From NCBI RefSeq assembly GCF_004010195.1, contig NC_057728.1, forward strand, positions 42,016,844-42,080,843: a stretch of DNA of 64,000 bases, written 5' to 3'. Shown in pieces: positions 51,580-64,000 of the stretch. This stretch comes from Chiloscyllium plagiosum (taxonomy: Eukaryota). The position numbers were made by a program, and so were the translations under genes. Under the pieces are notes generated by a model, which saw only the letters and a program-made list of their open reading frames with translations, ran no database searches and was not told where the DNA came from. Position 1 is the stretch's first letter. Every line of letters begins with the position of its first letter.

Positions 51580-51705
51580 CTATAGAAGAAAGGATAAAGG
51601 AAATTATTGCATTTGAACAAAAACAAGGAAACCAAATCAATTTGCAAGTAAAATTCTCAGACTTTAAATAAATCAATTCGGCATACAGCTAAGACGTCAA
51701 GATCA

Positions 51706-51870
<165 letters not shown>

Positions 51871-52379
51871 TTAAAAAAAACAAAATACAGATTTCAAGTG
51901 CAATAGAAAGCATCCAAAAATATTACAATCAGAACTAGATAGCATAGTGGATAGACACTGGGTTTTCATCTCTGGATCTATGAATATCTCAACGAAGGTC
52001 ATGCAATGAATGGGTTGAAACACCTTGTAAACATCTTTGTCTTTCTATAGGGACAGGATAGATTGGATATCTCCAAGTTCAGAAATTATTTTCCTAAGCT
52101 TTGCATTCCTCCTTTCAATAGGCACTCCTTAAAAACCACCTCTTCATCCAACATTTACTTATTTGACCCAACAGCTCACGTAGCTCAATGTCATATCACA
52201 AAGTGCTTAGGATATTTAATTACACTAGAAGGTGCTACACAAGCATAAACTGTTGTTGTAAACATCTTTTGAAACAAAAAGACCAGTTCATATAATTCAG
52301 TACATTTCCAAACCTTTCTTCCTAGTTTGTGTACCTTTACATTCACTCATTCTTGTGTCACATATTCGAGAAAAAGTAA

Positions 52380-53680
52380 AGAGCAGTAGCTATTACAGAA
52401 GAAACAGGAGGGGGGACCATTTCTTTGCTGTCCAATGAATCCATGGCTGACTCCATCTTCTCACACCATCCCCGTATACGCCAGTTCCCCCAGCATCCAA
52501 AAATATATTGATCTGACTTAATTACATTCAATACCCAAGCCTCTACAAGACCACAGAAAATAGGAAGAGGAGTAAGCCATTCAATCAGTTGACCTGCTCC
52601 CCCAATCAATAGGATCAAACTGATTTGGCTTTGCTCATGTCCTCTTTCCTGCATTTTGCCCATAACCCTTAATTCTTATAAACCAAGAATTTACCTCGGC
52701 CTTAAAATATACACAAGGACTTTGCCCCTACTGCCTGGCAATGGGTTCTAAAGATACACAACCCTCAAAACAAATTCCTCCTCATGAGTCTTAAAACTGA
52801 CCTGTTTATTCAGAGACTTTGCCCTCTGGTCCTAGACTCTCCCATACCAGGAAACATCCTCTCAGCATTTACACTTCAAGCCGCCTTAAGAATCCTATCT
52901 GTTTTAATGCGATCACCTCATTTTTCTAAACTCCAGCATGTACAGTCCCAACTACTTTAGCATTTGCTCATAAGAAATTCCCTACATACCAGCGATCACC
53001 CTGGTGAACTTTCCCAAAACACAGTCTTCCATTATATTGTTCTTTAAGAGGACCAAAATTGCTCTCATTACCCCAGATGTGGTCTCACCAACACCTTGTT
53101 TAGTTGCAGCAAGACCTCTCTACTCTTAAGCTCCACCCCCTTTAAAATAAAGGCCATCATCCCATTTGCATTCCCAATTATCTCCTGCAACCGTGTGCCA
53201 GCTTTGTTTTGCACAAAGTACCCCCAAGTCTGTGTTGTAGCTTTCTACAGTTTTCCTCTTTAAATATTATTGTTCTCCCCTCCAAAATTTCCTACATTAT
53301 ACTCCACTTATCAATTTTCTCCATTATCTGTTTTTTTCTTGACTGTAAATCTGGCTATAGCATATTTGTAATCGTCCTCCAGATCATTAATATATACTGT
53401 AAACAATTGCGATCCCAGCATTGATCCCTGCAGAATCTCACTGGTTACAAACCTTAAAAACAATCCCTTATCCCCTACTTACTGTTTCCTGTCCATTAGC
53501 CAATTGTCTATCCATGCCAATACACTATCTCCAATGCCAATGACTCATCTTAGGACTTTACTTTGTCAAAAGCTTTGTGGAAGTCCAAATACAACTTATC
53601 TACTGGCTCCCGTGTATCCACTCTAATTGAAACTTCCTTGAAAAACTAAGTTGGTCAGACACGATTCAACAGCTGTCTTG
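52380..53680 (-). mobile_element. Old CR1 fragments in a LEMD3 intron
   Basis: Tail agaaaataggaagaggagtaagccatt; YLDF.KAFDK on the minus strand at ~53560-53595. Confidence 0.75.
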
Positions 53681-53909
53681 AATACAGAATTCTAAAACTT
53701 CAAAATTGAGTGAAACAATTTCTCCTCACTCAGCCCTAGATGGTTGATACCTTATTCGGAATCCTGACCCTTAGATTTAGACTCTTCAAAAATAAAGATA
53801 AAACATTCCTCCAGTATAGTTTGTCAAGCTTTAAGAATTCTGTTTCAATAACATCACCACCTCTAGGTAATACAAGACTAGTCTTTGCTACTCTTCTTAT
53901 AGTATAATT

Positions 53910-54270
53910 CATAGAAATTCATAGAACCCCTATAGTGTGGAAACAAGCCCTTTGGACCAAGTCCACATAGATCCTCTGAAGAATATCCCACCTACACACA
54001 TTCTGTTACGCAATTACTTTACATTTCCCCTGACTAATACACCTAATCTACATATCCCTGCACACTACGGGCAATTTAGCATGGGCTGACCTGAACCTGA
54101 CCTAACCCGAGCACCATTGGACTGTGGGAAGAAACCGGAGCACCGGAGGAAACCCATGCAGACACGGGGAGAATGTGCAAACTCCACACAGACAATCTGC
54201 CAAAGTCTGGAATTGAACCTGGGACCTTGGTGCTGTGAGGCAGCAGTGCTAACCACTGAGCCACCATGCC
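53910..54270 (-). mobile_element. HE1-like SINE
   Basis: Full head, V-domain and tail. Confidence 0.92.
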
Positions 54271-56024
54271 TTCTCATCACAGGAACAACAAACTTATTAC
54301 ATTCTCTCCAAAGAAAGTAAACAGCACCTTATGAAGCAACACTCTTAATAAACCAGCAATAGTTATATATGTGAAATAACAGAAGCTTAATGCATTATCA
54401 TGATGTCAGAGTAGTCCGTTCAGGGTGCAAGTGAGAAGGCTCTCTGCTGGTAACGTTTACTTAAGGCAAAGTTGCATTATTAAAGTGAGTTATGCTGTAA
54501 GTAAAGCATTACAGTGATGTATATACCTACTGAATTACACTACTATCACTGTTTTTACACAGTGGACCCTCTCTATTAACCAGCACACTCCTGGTCCCAT
54601 TGATGCCAGATAATAAATTTGCTGTATATTCTTCTTTAGGTAAGGAAACTAGAAAGTTCACAGTACTCAAGGTCTGTTCTCACCAAGACACTAATTATAG
54701 TACTGCTTCTTTCTTTACATTTTCTATTACTTGGTAATAAAGACTGACAATTTGCTTTGCCAACTGCTTGCTGTTTCTTCTTAATTGCAGGACTTTTCCC
54801 ATTAGACTAGCAGATAACCTCTAAATAATAATATTCCAGCCTTCCTCTATTTTGCTTACTCAGAGCCATTTAGTAATATAGAACTCAAGTATTGCTAAAA
54901 AAGGACACTTTGTTGATGCCTTGCAACTTGCACCTATCAAGACAATTCATAAAAAAAATGTAAGGGGAATTTATATTGTACAAAAGGAGGGTGCTGATAG
55001 TTTGACGAGCAGTTTGCTCTGACAGAGAAATTGCTATGGAGAATGCACAGTTCATGATGCAGAGGCAGGATAAATGTTGGTTTTCTTGCAAATTATCCAA
55101 ACCAGCACAGGACAAAAAAAAACTTTCAACAGGAAATGACTCTTCTGACTCGTGAATAACTTCATACCTTTCTGTATGAAATTCTATCTGCCACTATCAT
55201 GGTTGCCCAACCTGCCCACATCCTTTTATCACCCTTGTTTGTTCCTTTCTCTGTTAGTTTTGTATCAACAAATTGGGATACATTAACTTTGATGCAGGAA
55301 ACAAGTTTATTAATATAGATTGTAAACAGCTGAAGACCAAATACTGATCCTTGCGGTACTCAACTAATTACAATGTGCCAATACCCCCAATTTTATGAGC
55401 TAACATTTTGTACAACCTCAATTACACCTAAATAAGTTGTTTGAAATTCCAAAACATTGTATCCATTAGATCCCTCATATAGGAATGCTACCAAATTAAA
55501 GGCCTATGTCAACCAGGATAGATTCAGTAAAAGAATCTATCCTGCTTCAAGATTTAGCAGGATATCAGGGTCTGAAGAGTGTAAAAAAGACATTACTCAT
55601 GCATTATTTAAACAAAGAGATTACAAAAACTGCCCGAAAGAGAATTTACAGGGAAGCTTAGCTCATTACTGTGCTAATCTGTACTACTTTATGCAAACCC
55701 CTTCAAATCTGATACAAATTAGTGTTTTGGAAAAATCAGATATAAACTTACTTTTTGCTAAGAATGATTAAATGAAATAAAAGAAATTGGCTTAAGAATA
55801 TCAGCTCAGCAGCAGCAATAACCTATAAATAAGAGCCAAGCTCTAAACAAATTTCAAAGTTGAGCCAAATTATTGAACTGAAGCTACTGAATTCTCACTT
55901 TAACAAATTTACATTGTATAAATGTAAATTTGTAGCCAGTTTTAACATACTAAGTCTGATCACTACAAGAATGCAGCATTTATGTGTAATTGAAATGAAA
56001 CACCATAATTCATTAGATACATAC

Positions 56025-56106
56025 ATGACAGGGTCAAACATATTCCGAATCTTTAAACAAGGTGTCAAACTGTTCGGTGGAGAATTTCTACCATCAAGAT
56101 GGAAAG
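56025..56106 (-). CDS. LEMD3: LEMD3 coding exon, [28 protein letters not shown] (start of UHM/RRM)
   Basis: Polypyrimidine tract then gaacag|...gtcat|gtatgt; 82 bp. Confidence 0.97.
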
Positions 56107-59100
56107 CTGTTCAAGAAAGAAAAAAAAAATCAAAATCTATGGTTATGAATAGACAATTTTATGACTATTTCAGGAATATAACTTTGTTTCAGAAATGTAA
56201 TTTTTTAAACCCAGTGCCAAAAACCCTGATTAAGCAACTTTCTTAATAGTAACCCTGATTAAGCAACTTTCTTAATTATCTAAATAGATAATTACCAGTC
56301 ACAGGACAATCCAATTTTACTTAAAGAGATCAGAGATGGAGTGTGAAAGCACTAAACAAAAACAGGGTTATTTTTCCAGACTTTGTTAGAGAAATGTCTA
56401 CAATTGTCTTTGTAACAGATTTAAATTATTCACATAGCTCCCAGACAAAAGAAAGCTTTGAACCAATGGGTAAACTAGAGAAGTCTTAAATTAGTGATGC
56501 ACTTTTCACATCAACATATTTAAAGATCAAAGGCAAACGGTTTGATTCACTATCTGGGACATGCCAGTTAGACATGTAGCAATGGGATTAGATTTCAGGA
56601 AGGTAGTCTTTTGTTTTGGGTTTATTTGTGCATTTTTTCTCAGAGAAATGAGTCAGCTTCAAAGACTGAGACAGCAGTGGTGCTCAGCCAGCTAGCAATC
56701 AGAACAAAGGCTTATAGAAGCCACTTGGAATAGGATGTTCATGATTTGAAGATAGCAAGTGGGAACTGTGAATAGGACCTATGCTTGGAAAAGTCCAAAT
56801 TAATAAACAAACAATCTACAAATTCAGGTATGCCTGCTAAAGCTGTGAAAGACCAGAAGTGGAATCCTCACAGAGATTCCAAGGTCACGAAGTCTAAGTA
56901 CCAGATTGCAAAATGAAGGAGAGTCAAAGTCAAGTCCTGAGAGCAATGGCACATTTGATCTGGACGGAGGAGAAATGAAAAAACCTTAAGTTCCTGTAAC
57001 ATACAGGAGAACATTTGGGTAAAAACAGAACAGGAAGTGGCCCATTAAGATTTCAGGGTTTATGGAACAGTGTTAAATTAATACGACCTGTTTTAACATT
57101 TGTATAAGAAAAAAATGAATCCTGAATTTATAATTCTTTTAATGAACTAGGAATTTGAATTAGTAAAATGTGAATACTCTTCCTCAAGATTACAACACTG
57201 TAATGTTATAAATTAATCGACAAAAATGTATCCCATCCAGTTGCAAAGAATTATGCAAAATTAGTGATTTATATTGCCAGGGTAAAAAGCTTTCACCTAA
57301 TGAAAGGTTAGTAAGTGTACTGCCATTGTAACTGGTCTCAAATGGAGTTCAAGATATTTGAGGACTTCCACACCTTATTCCAGCAATAAATTTTTGGCAG
57401 AATCCTTGCACTTACAATTTCAAGATCACATCTGTCTGCAATGTCTTCCCCATCCCATTGTACATATGTCAGCTGTTTATCAAAGACTCTCGTATGATCA
57501 TTATTCTACATGATAGCATTATAACCACTGGAACCAAACTTTGAATTTAAACTCCAATAGGATACCAAAGTAATGAAGACTGTGCTCAAGCGCAAATCTT
57601 AAAAAAAACTAAATGACAAAATTTTAAAACTTCAATTTGAATTGTTTCATCCTCTTACCAAAAAGATGTAAAGTCAGCTTGAGGGGCTCTGCAAAAACAC
57701 CTTAATTTGTGCATACAAGCGATTTGGCTACAATAAGGTAGGTCTCTAACTATAAAGCTCTAAGTCTTGAAACATTAGGATTACACAGGATTTACAGCAC
57801 AAAAACAGGCCAATTGAACCCACCAGTCCGTCCAACACTTATGCTCATTGAAGTCTTTTGTCTACCTTTTCAGCTTGGCATTTGAGTAATTATTTTGCTT
57901 GCCTCGACTTTCAGTTGAACCAGAAATAATGAACTACTAAAGTCTTATCCAGGAAGAAAACTACAGCACTGCAAGAAATGAAAAAAAGAACCTAACAGGA
58001 TTTAGAGAGTGCAGAGGATGCCATCTGTTCAAAGAAAAAGGAGAAAATCTGAAAGGTAGCAATATGACAAAGTGGTCCAGATTCAGTGCAGAAATACCCT
58101 TAAAGCAGCACCATAATCAATTTTCAGGGCAGACCAAAAAAAAAAGGTTACTCCAAGACAGTTTAATCTAAATAGTATTGTAAAATAAACCTGCCATCAA
58201 AATCATGTTGCTATCTTACCTCTAAATAATTGCAACTTGACAGATGCCAAATAACAGTCAAATGACCTTGAACATTATAAAAGATTCTCCCCTGGAAGAC
58301 AACAGTAGATTGTTTCCTCCACTTATCTAACTCTAAGGCATACTCACTAACTTGTTTTGGGTCTTTCAGCCATAAGAAACAATTATGACTTCGAATTCAA
58401 TGCCACTGCTATTGGAGTGAAATTGGGTACAGCTAGTCTTCAGCAAGTATCAATTACTGATTAAGGTTCACATTTCCCTGATGTGCCAAGTGTGCGAAAT
58501 TCTCTCAGTGGTAACACGGAGATAGTGTGGATAATTCAATTTAGTAAGTTGAAGTCACATTCTACTGTTTGCAAATTTTTGAAGTTTGCTCTGATTAACA
58601 AGAGGTTTTTAAACTTGGGCACTACTTGAAGACATAGCAAACCAAAAACAAATGTGATGCTAGATTTAGGTTTTGGCAACAGCTCAGTCAAATCATGATT
58701 ATGAAATGGGCTATTATATTTTGCACACCAATAAACAGACCAAGCCTGGTGTCAATGCACTGTCCCAACTGTAAAGAAAATTAACTTGTTTATATTCAGT
58801 TTCTTCTGTTGTTCACAAATAGACCAAGATAAATGGCAAACAGACAAGTTAGTGGGAAAGGAGACTGAAACAGTGTGATTGAAGTTAAGCCGCCGAAAGG
58901 TTGAACCTTAAATGCCTTTTTGTATTAGTTTGTTCTATCTATTTAAAATGAAGATTTTAAACATGCCACATAATGTTTAGGCTATAAATAAGGACAAAAT
59001 AAATGAAGTTTGATCTGAAAAATTACTTTTATTATTGGTGTTTTATATTTACATTGCTCTATACCAATCAGTCCAGATGCCCATTTTCAGCATGCAGTCA

Positions 59101-59846
59101 GTTCAGAAACAAAAATCAATCTGCATCTGAATTTTAAAAGAGGAGTTTATCTGACCGACATCTGTCAAGACACAGGATTTAAGGCAAAATTCAGCAATGA
59201 AACAAAAGGGACAGGAAAATACCATTTGTAGCTGGGAACAATGTAGTCGTCTGGTTGGAAGATAACAAAAGGGTTCAATGGCATGGGCCTTGGGGCTTTA
59301 TAGATCACATTTATTAATGCCAATCATACTTTACATTTTCACGCGCAATTTAAGCAAGTAGGCTCTCTGGTTATAAACCAAGCTAGACTTAACTCGGATA
59401 GCGTCTGAAGGGTGGAGGAAGATTTAATCTTTTCAGTTGCTAATTAATCCCAGCTAAGTGGGGAATACAAGGTTTTAAAAAAATGGGTTTTGCAGATTGA
59501 TTTTGAGCACAACACAAAAATACGGGGTTAGTGCAGACATGTTGGATGAGCAGATAATCATTGCACCAAATACTTATTGAAGTTGTTGGAATATATCCAC
59601 GTGAATAGAACAGAGTTGCCCATATCTCAGTATTTGTGAATGACGAACCTTTTATTTCAAATGGTTTGATAAAAACTGCAATTCAGTTTAAAATTGATGA
59701 CTTTTAATTATTTGTGCAAAATAAAATCTGCACAATGGGTTCTAAGTATGTTAGTACTGTAAACAAAATCATTCAATTAATTACAAATCATGCCAAGCAA
59801 ACTAACGAGACTGGCACTCAAGTTGTAACCTTGCAGTCTAAAATTA

Positions 59847-60182
<336 letters not shown>

Positions 60183-60285
60183 CTATTCTGGGGTGGTATG
60201 AGAGAATCACGTACATGGGGAATAGGCAAATAAGGCTGTAAGTCTTTATTTTCTTGGCAGGCTTCATTATGGCTTTTCAGAACAT
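60183..60285 (-). CDS. LEMD3: LEMD3 coding exon, [35 protein letters not shown] (MSC domain)
   Basis: Boundaries tttggttag|...gaatag|gtaaga; 103 bp; near-identical to the MAN1 MSC segment. Confidence 0.97.
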
Positions 60286-60468
60286 CTAACCAAAACAAAA
60301 AGTGTCAGCCACCATTTACTTTGAAGCACTTTCAGTACAAATAACAATATAGAAGACTCTGATGTAAATGGAAAACTAGGCTGGAAACAGTGGCCTTCAC
60401 ATCAATTTTTTATTAATGCATTTCAATGCCATCAAAAATAATCAAATTGCAAAACAAGTGCTCGATAC

Positions 60469-60570
60469 CTATGATTCTTTCCACCATGTCATACATCTGT
60501 CTTGTCTCTGCCTCTTCCTTCCGCCAACGATACTTCATGTAATGAAGCACTGCCCACACAATTCCCACAC
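60469..60570 (-). CDS. LEMD3: LEMD3 coding exon, [34 protein letters not shown]
   Basis: Boundaries cttgtag|...atcatag|gtatcg; 102 bp; [20 protein letters not shown] motif of MAN1. Confidence 0.96.
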
Positions 60571-60739
60571 CTACAAGTATTAAAAATAAATACCAACGAA
60601 TTCCAAAAAGCAGTCCAATAAAAGTAACATTTTATATTAAATTTTATATAACTATTTATCTAGCATTACAAATGGATTTATTCAGATTCAACAATGTGGA
60701 ACGGCTGAGTACACTATGAATCACTTACAATTTATATAG

Positions 60740-61900
60740 TATTATTAATGCAATGGACTGATCTAAGGAACTTCACAGAAGCATTTCAAAGGAGTATACC
60801 AAGCTATACCAAAGATAACCAAAAGTTTAGTCAAAGAGATTGTATTGGAGAAAAAGGCCCAGACAATCGAAGACATAATTATCAACGATGGAGCATTAAC
60901 ACAAGCAATGCTCAAGAGACCAGACTCTTGTATAGTGGGGGAGATTAAAGATAGGAAGGAACCCAGGCCATGGAGGAATTTGAAAACAAAGATGAGAATT
61001 TTAAAATCTAGACATTGCTGCGTCCAAAGCTAAATGACTTGCAAGCTAGAATGTGGGGATCAGAGTTTTGAATGACAGGTTTATGAATGTGGGAGAACAG
61101 CAGAAATATATTGAAGAGGTCATATTTCGAGACAACAAAAACCACGAATAAGACTCAACAAATAAAAGGAGATTGGGTGTTGTTATCGAGTTGGAAATAG
61201 ATGGTCTTGATAACAGCATGATTGAGATCAGAAACTCACCTCAGGATCAAACATGACACCAAAATTGCAAATAAACTGGTTTGTCAGATCATGTCAAGGA
61301 AAGGAATTAAGTCCTTAAGCTGGGGAAATGCAGCTTGGAGAGGGACTGAAAGCAATGGTCTCAGTTTTCAAAATATTTAATTGAGGGTACTTTCTGCCCA
61401 TCTATTACTGGATATCACATAAGAACTTTTATAAATTAGCAAGAATATAGTCAAAAGAGGTAGTGGTTAGGTAGACATAGGCTCTTGTTAGCACGTATGT
61501 GAAAACCAATACTGTTTTTTTAGATGCTGCTGGTGCTGTGGGGCAGGACACAGGACGGACATAGGTAGATCCTTGGTGGATGCCACAAGTTCTAAAGGAG
61601 CAGTGGGAAGAGAAACAAGTAATTCTCAGGGTTTGATTAGAGATACAAATAGATGCAAGTGTCTGGCAGTGTCATTCAGTTGGATAACAGGAAAAGGATT
61701 TTGTTAAAACAGGTCAAGAAGAAGGAGGAAAGAAAGTTCACTTTTGCTGGACACAATATAATTTGAAACATTAACAAGAGCTATTTTGGTACTGTGGCAG
61801 AGGCAGCCAATTAGAAATGCAAACATGAAGCTTCAAGACAGACAGGGAATGGATTTGAAAGAAGATATGTCAAGGAGAGAAGAGGTGAGTTTCATGGACT
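60740..61900 (-). mobile_element. L2-like LINE remnant in a LEMD3 intron
   Basis: ggccatggaggaatttgaaaacaaagatgagaattttaaaatc; YV(A)N-like RT remnant at ~61490; degenerate. Confidence 0.55.
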
Positions 61901-62690
61901 ACATCAGACTGTGTTAGACGCAGAGGAAATAATATCAAAATAGATGAATGTACAATTCAAAAAGATCCTGAAATAGCATGCAAATGTTAGTAACAGCGTG
62001 ACCTAATACTGGACCATCACATCCTTTCAAGCTTGCACACCTGGACATTAAAAAAGGTGGAGATAAGTGTCTCTTGAAACCTCAAGCAATTAAAAATAAA
62101 ATACCATCTTAAGCATTAAAATTATAAAACTGCAGCCAACACCAAAAGCATGGTTCTTTTTGCCAGTTTTATGCAAGATATATTGCCTGACTTACTGCAA
62201 GTGCAACAAAGATATTTTCATTCATTTTATGGACTGTCACTGGATTAACGTAAAATCTGACAGAACAGAATGTAGTTTCTGCAAGATGTTACAGCAGTGG
62301 TCTCTTGAAACAAAAAAGAAATGGCCTTTTCAAATTCTCTAATGTTCCTATCTGAAGTTAATTTGTCAATCTAGTCCTTAGCAAGGAAAATGTTACAGTA
62401 GATCAGTTGGTAAAGCACTGTTCAAAAAAAATGTGCAGTTTAACTCCAAGTCCATTCGCTGCCATGGGAAATTTATACTTGTTCATTTGGGGATTAAGAC
62501 AATAGGAAGAGGCTTAATCTCCATGTAATCTACTAACCTCATACTTCAGGAAAAGACACTGTGCTTACAAATATCAAAGAACAAATTCTTCTTCAACAAT
62601 GGCATATTGAATAAAAATTTCCCTGCAGGCAAGTGCAAATTTTCAGGCTATAGAATTTTGACAGAGTTTTGATACATGAAATGAAAGTCA

Positions 62691-62993
62691 GGCGGCACGG
62701 TGGCTCAGTGGTTAGCACTGCTGCCTCACAGCGCCAGGGACCCGGGCTCAATACCCGCCTCGGGCAACTGTCCGTGTGGAGTTTGCACATTCTCAGCGTC
62801 TGCGTGGGTTTCCTCCGGGTGCTCCGGTTTCCTCCCACAGTCACAAAGATGTGCAGGTTAGGTGAATTGCCCGTAGTGTTAGGTGCAGAGGTGAATATAG
62901 GGGAACGGGTCTGGGTGGGTTACTCTTCGGAGGGTTGGTGTGGACTTGTTGGGCTGAAGGGCCTGTTTCCACAATGTAGGGAATCTAATCTAA
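62691..62993 (+). mobile_element. HE1-like SINE
   Basis: Head ggcggcacggtggctcagtggttagc; tail gggaatctaatctaa. Confidence 0.92.
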
Positions 62994-63426
62994 AATGCAC
63001 AATCCCAGCCATTAGCTCTGAAGATGATTTTAAATCAGAGTAGTTTGTAATGTACAATATTGTAGAGAGACTGGAACTTAAGGAACCTTAAACATAAGAG
63101 GAGAGTCCAAAAAAGTAGACAGAAAGACTATGATGTAAATTTATTAGCATGTTTTCCAGGCCAAATTAGTAACCTCTTTTTAATTATGCTCAAGTCAAAT
63201 GTTTAGAGCAACTTTTGAAAGGACAATATCTAATTTAAAAATAAAGATAGCCAAATGGACTAATTATTTAGTAATGTTTGATATTATTCCTTACAAAATG
63301 CATTTGACAATCTGCCTTAGATATAATTTATCCCCTTAATTTTCACACTGAAGGGAAGGCAGATAAAAAAAATTAGCATTACGTAAAAGATATTTTACAC
63401 TATTGGAAAAAAATCACAAGACTCAC

Positions 63427-63572
63427 CCACAAGAAATATAAACATCCTGTGCAAGACAGTTAGGAATGCACGGCGAAAGCGGCAGATAAATGACATCTGT
63501 GGATGCGTGGACTCCAGATACTGTACTTCACTCACATCATTTACCTTGACATCAGAGTCACTGCCAAGCAAC
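63427..63572 (-). CDS. LEMD3: LEMD3 coding exon, LLGSDSDVKVNDVSEVQYLESTHPQMSFICRFRRAFLTVLHRMFIFLV
   Basis: Boundaries acacag|...cttgtgg|gtgagt; 146 bp; MSFxCRFRRAF motif preceding the second TM helix of MAN1. Confidence 0.93.
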
Positions 63573-63685
63573 CTGTGTATTAAAACACAAACCCGCAATT
63601 ATTATAGCTCAGTTGCTCGAAAGATGTGTTTTCTGAGACGTCTTTTGGGTCCAGAATTCATTCTCAAATGACCAAACTCACTCAC

Positions 63686-63765
63686 TTTATACCAAAATCA
63701 TCTGTACTCTGTAAAATCCATTGTAGTGAACCATTAAATTTCTTTTCATGATTGGGATCAAGAAC
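63686..63765 (-). CDS. LEMD3: LEMD3/MAN1 coding exon (about exon 5 by analogy to human), VLDPNHEKKFNGSLQWILQSTDDFGIK
   Basis: Boundaries ttatacacag|...ataaa|gtgagt; 80 bp; phase joins the next exon (AA+G = Lys); resembles the MAN1 luminal segment ...SLQWILENGKDVGIR. Confidence 0.88.
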
Positions 63766-64000
63766 CTGTGTATAAAGTAAAAAAACTGTTTTAGATTACA
63801 TAAAGCATATACACCTCAAATTCAGAAATAAACCACGCCAACCATCACATCCAGATAGTTTGTAAAGAGGTAACATATGCATTTTAATTTGTTACAGATC
63901 TAAAGAGAACATCTGATTTTTCTCTCATGCAAAGAATAATCTACAGAAAGTTGATCAAAAAGCTAACAGTTTGCTCAACTATATTGAATGACAACTGATT

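Overview
This is eukaryotic genomic DNA, almost certainly from a cartilaginous fish (shark), judging by the HE1-like V-SINEs and HER1/CR1 LINEs. The right third (about 47.9-64 kb) holds the 3' half of LEMD3 (MAN1) on the minus strand: nine GT-AG coding exons that splice in frame through the second TM segment, the MSC winged-helix domain and the UHM/RRM domain to the stop, followed by a ~1.5 kb repeat-free 3' UTR. The left ~47 kb contains no recognisable host coding exon. It is a mosaic of nested retroelements: CR1/HER1, L2-like, HE1 SINEs, Gypsy remnants and Penelope-like elements (PLEs). The most notable signal is about ten short PLE-derived insertions from three sequence families. They carry minimal hammerhead-ribozyme cores (CUGANGA...GAAA...UH), usually fold back into long hairpins at the ribozyme, and several have 12-19 bp target duplications. 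Two cores look intact (11325-11352 and 30669-30697). Repeat family names and boundaries were assigned by eye and are approximate; no database searches were run.
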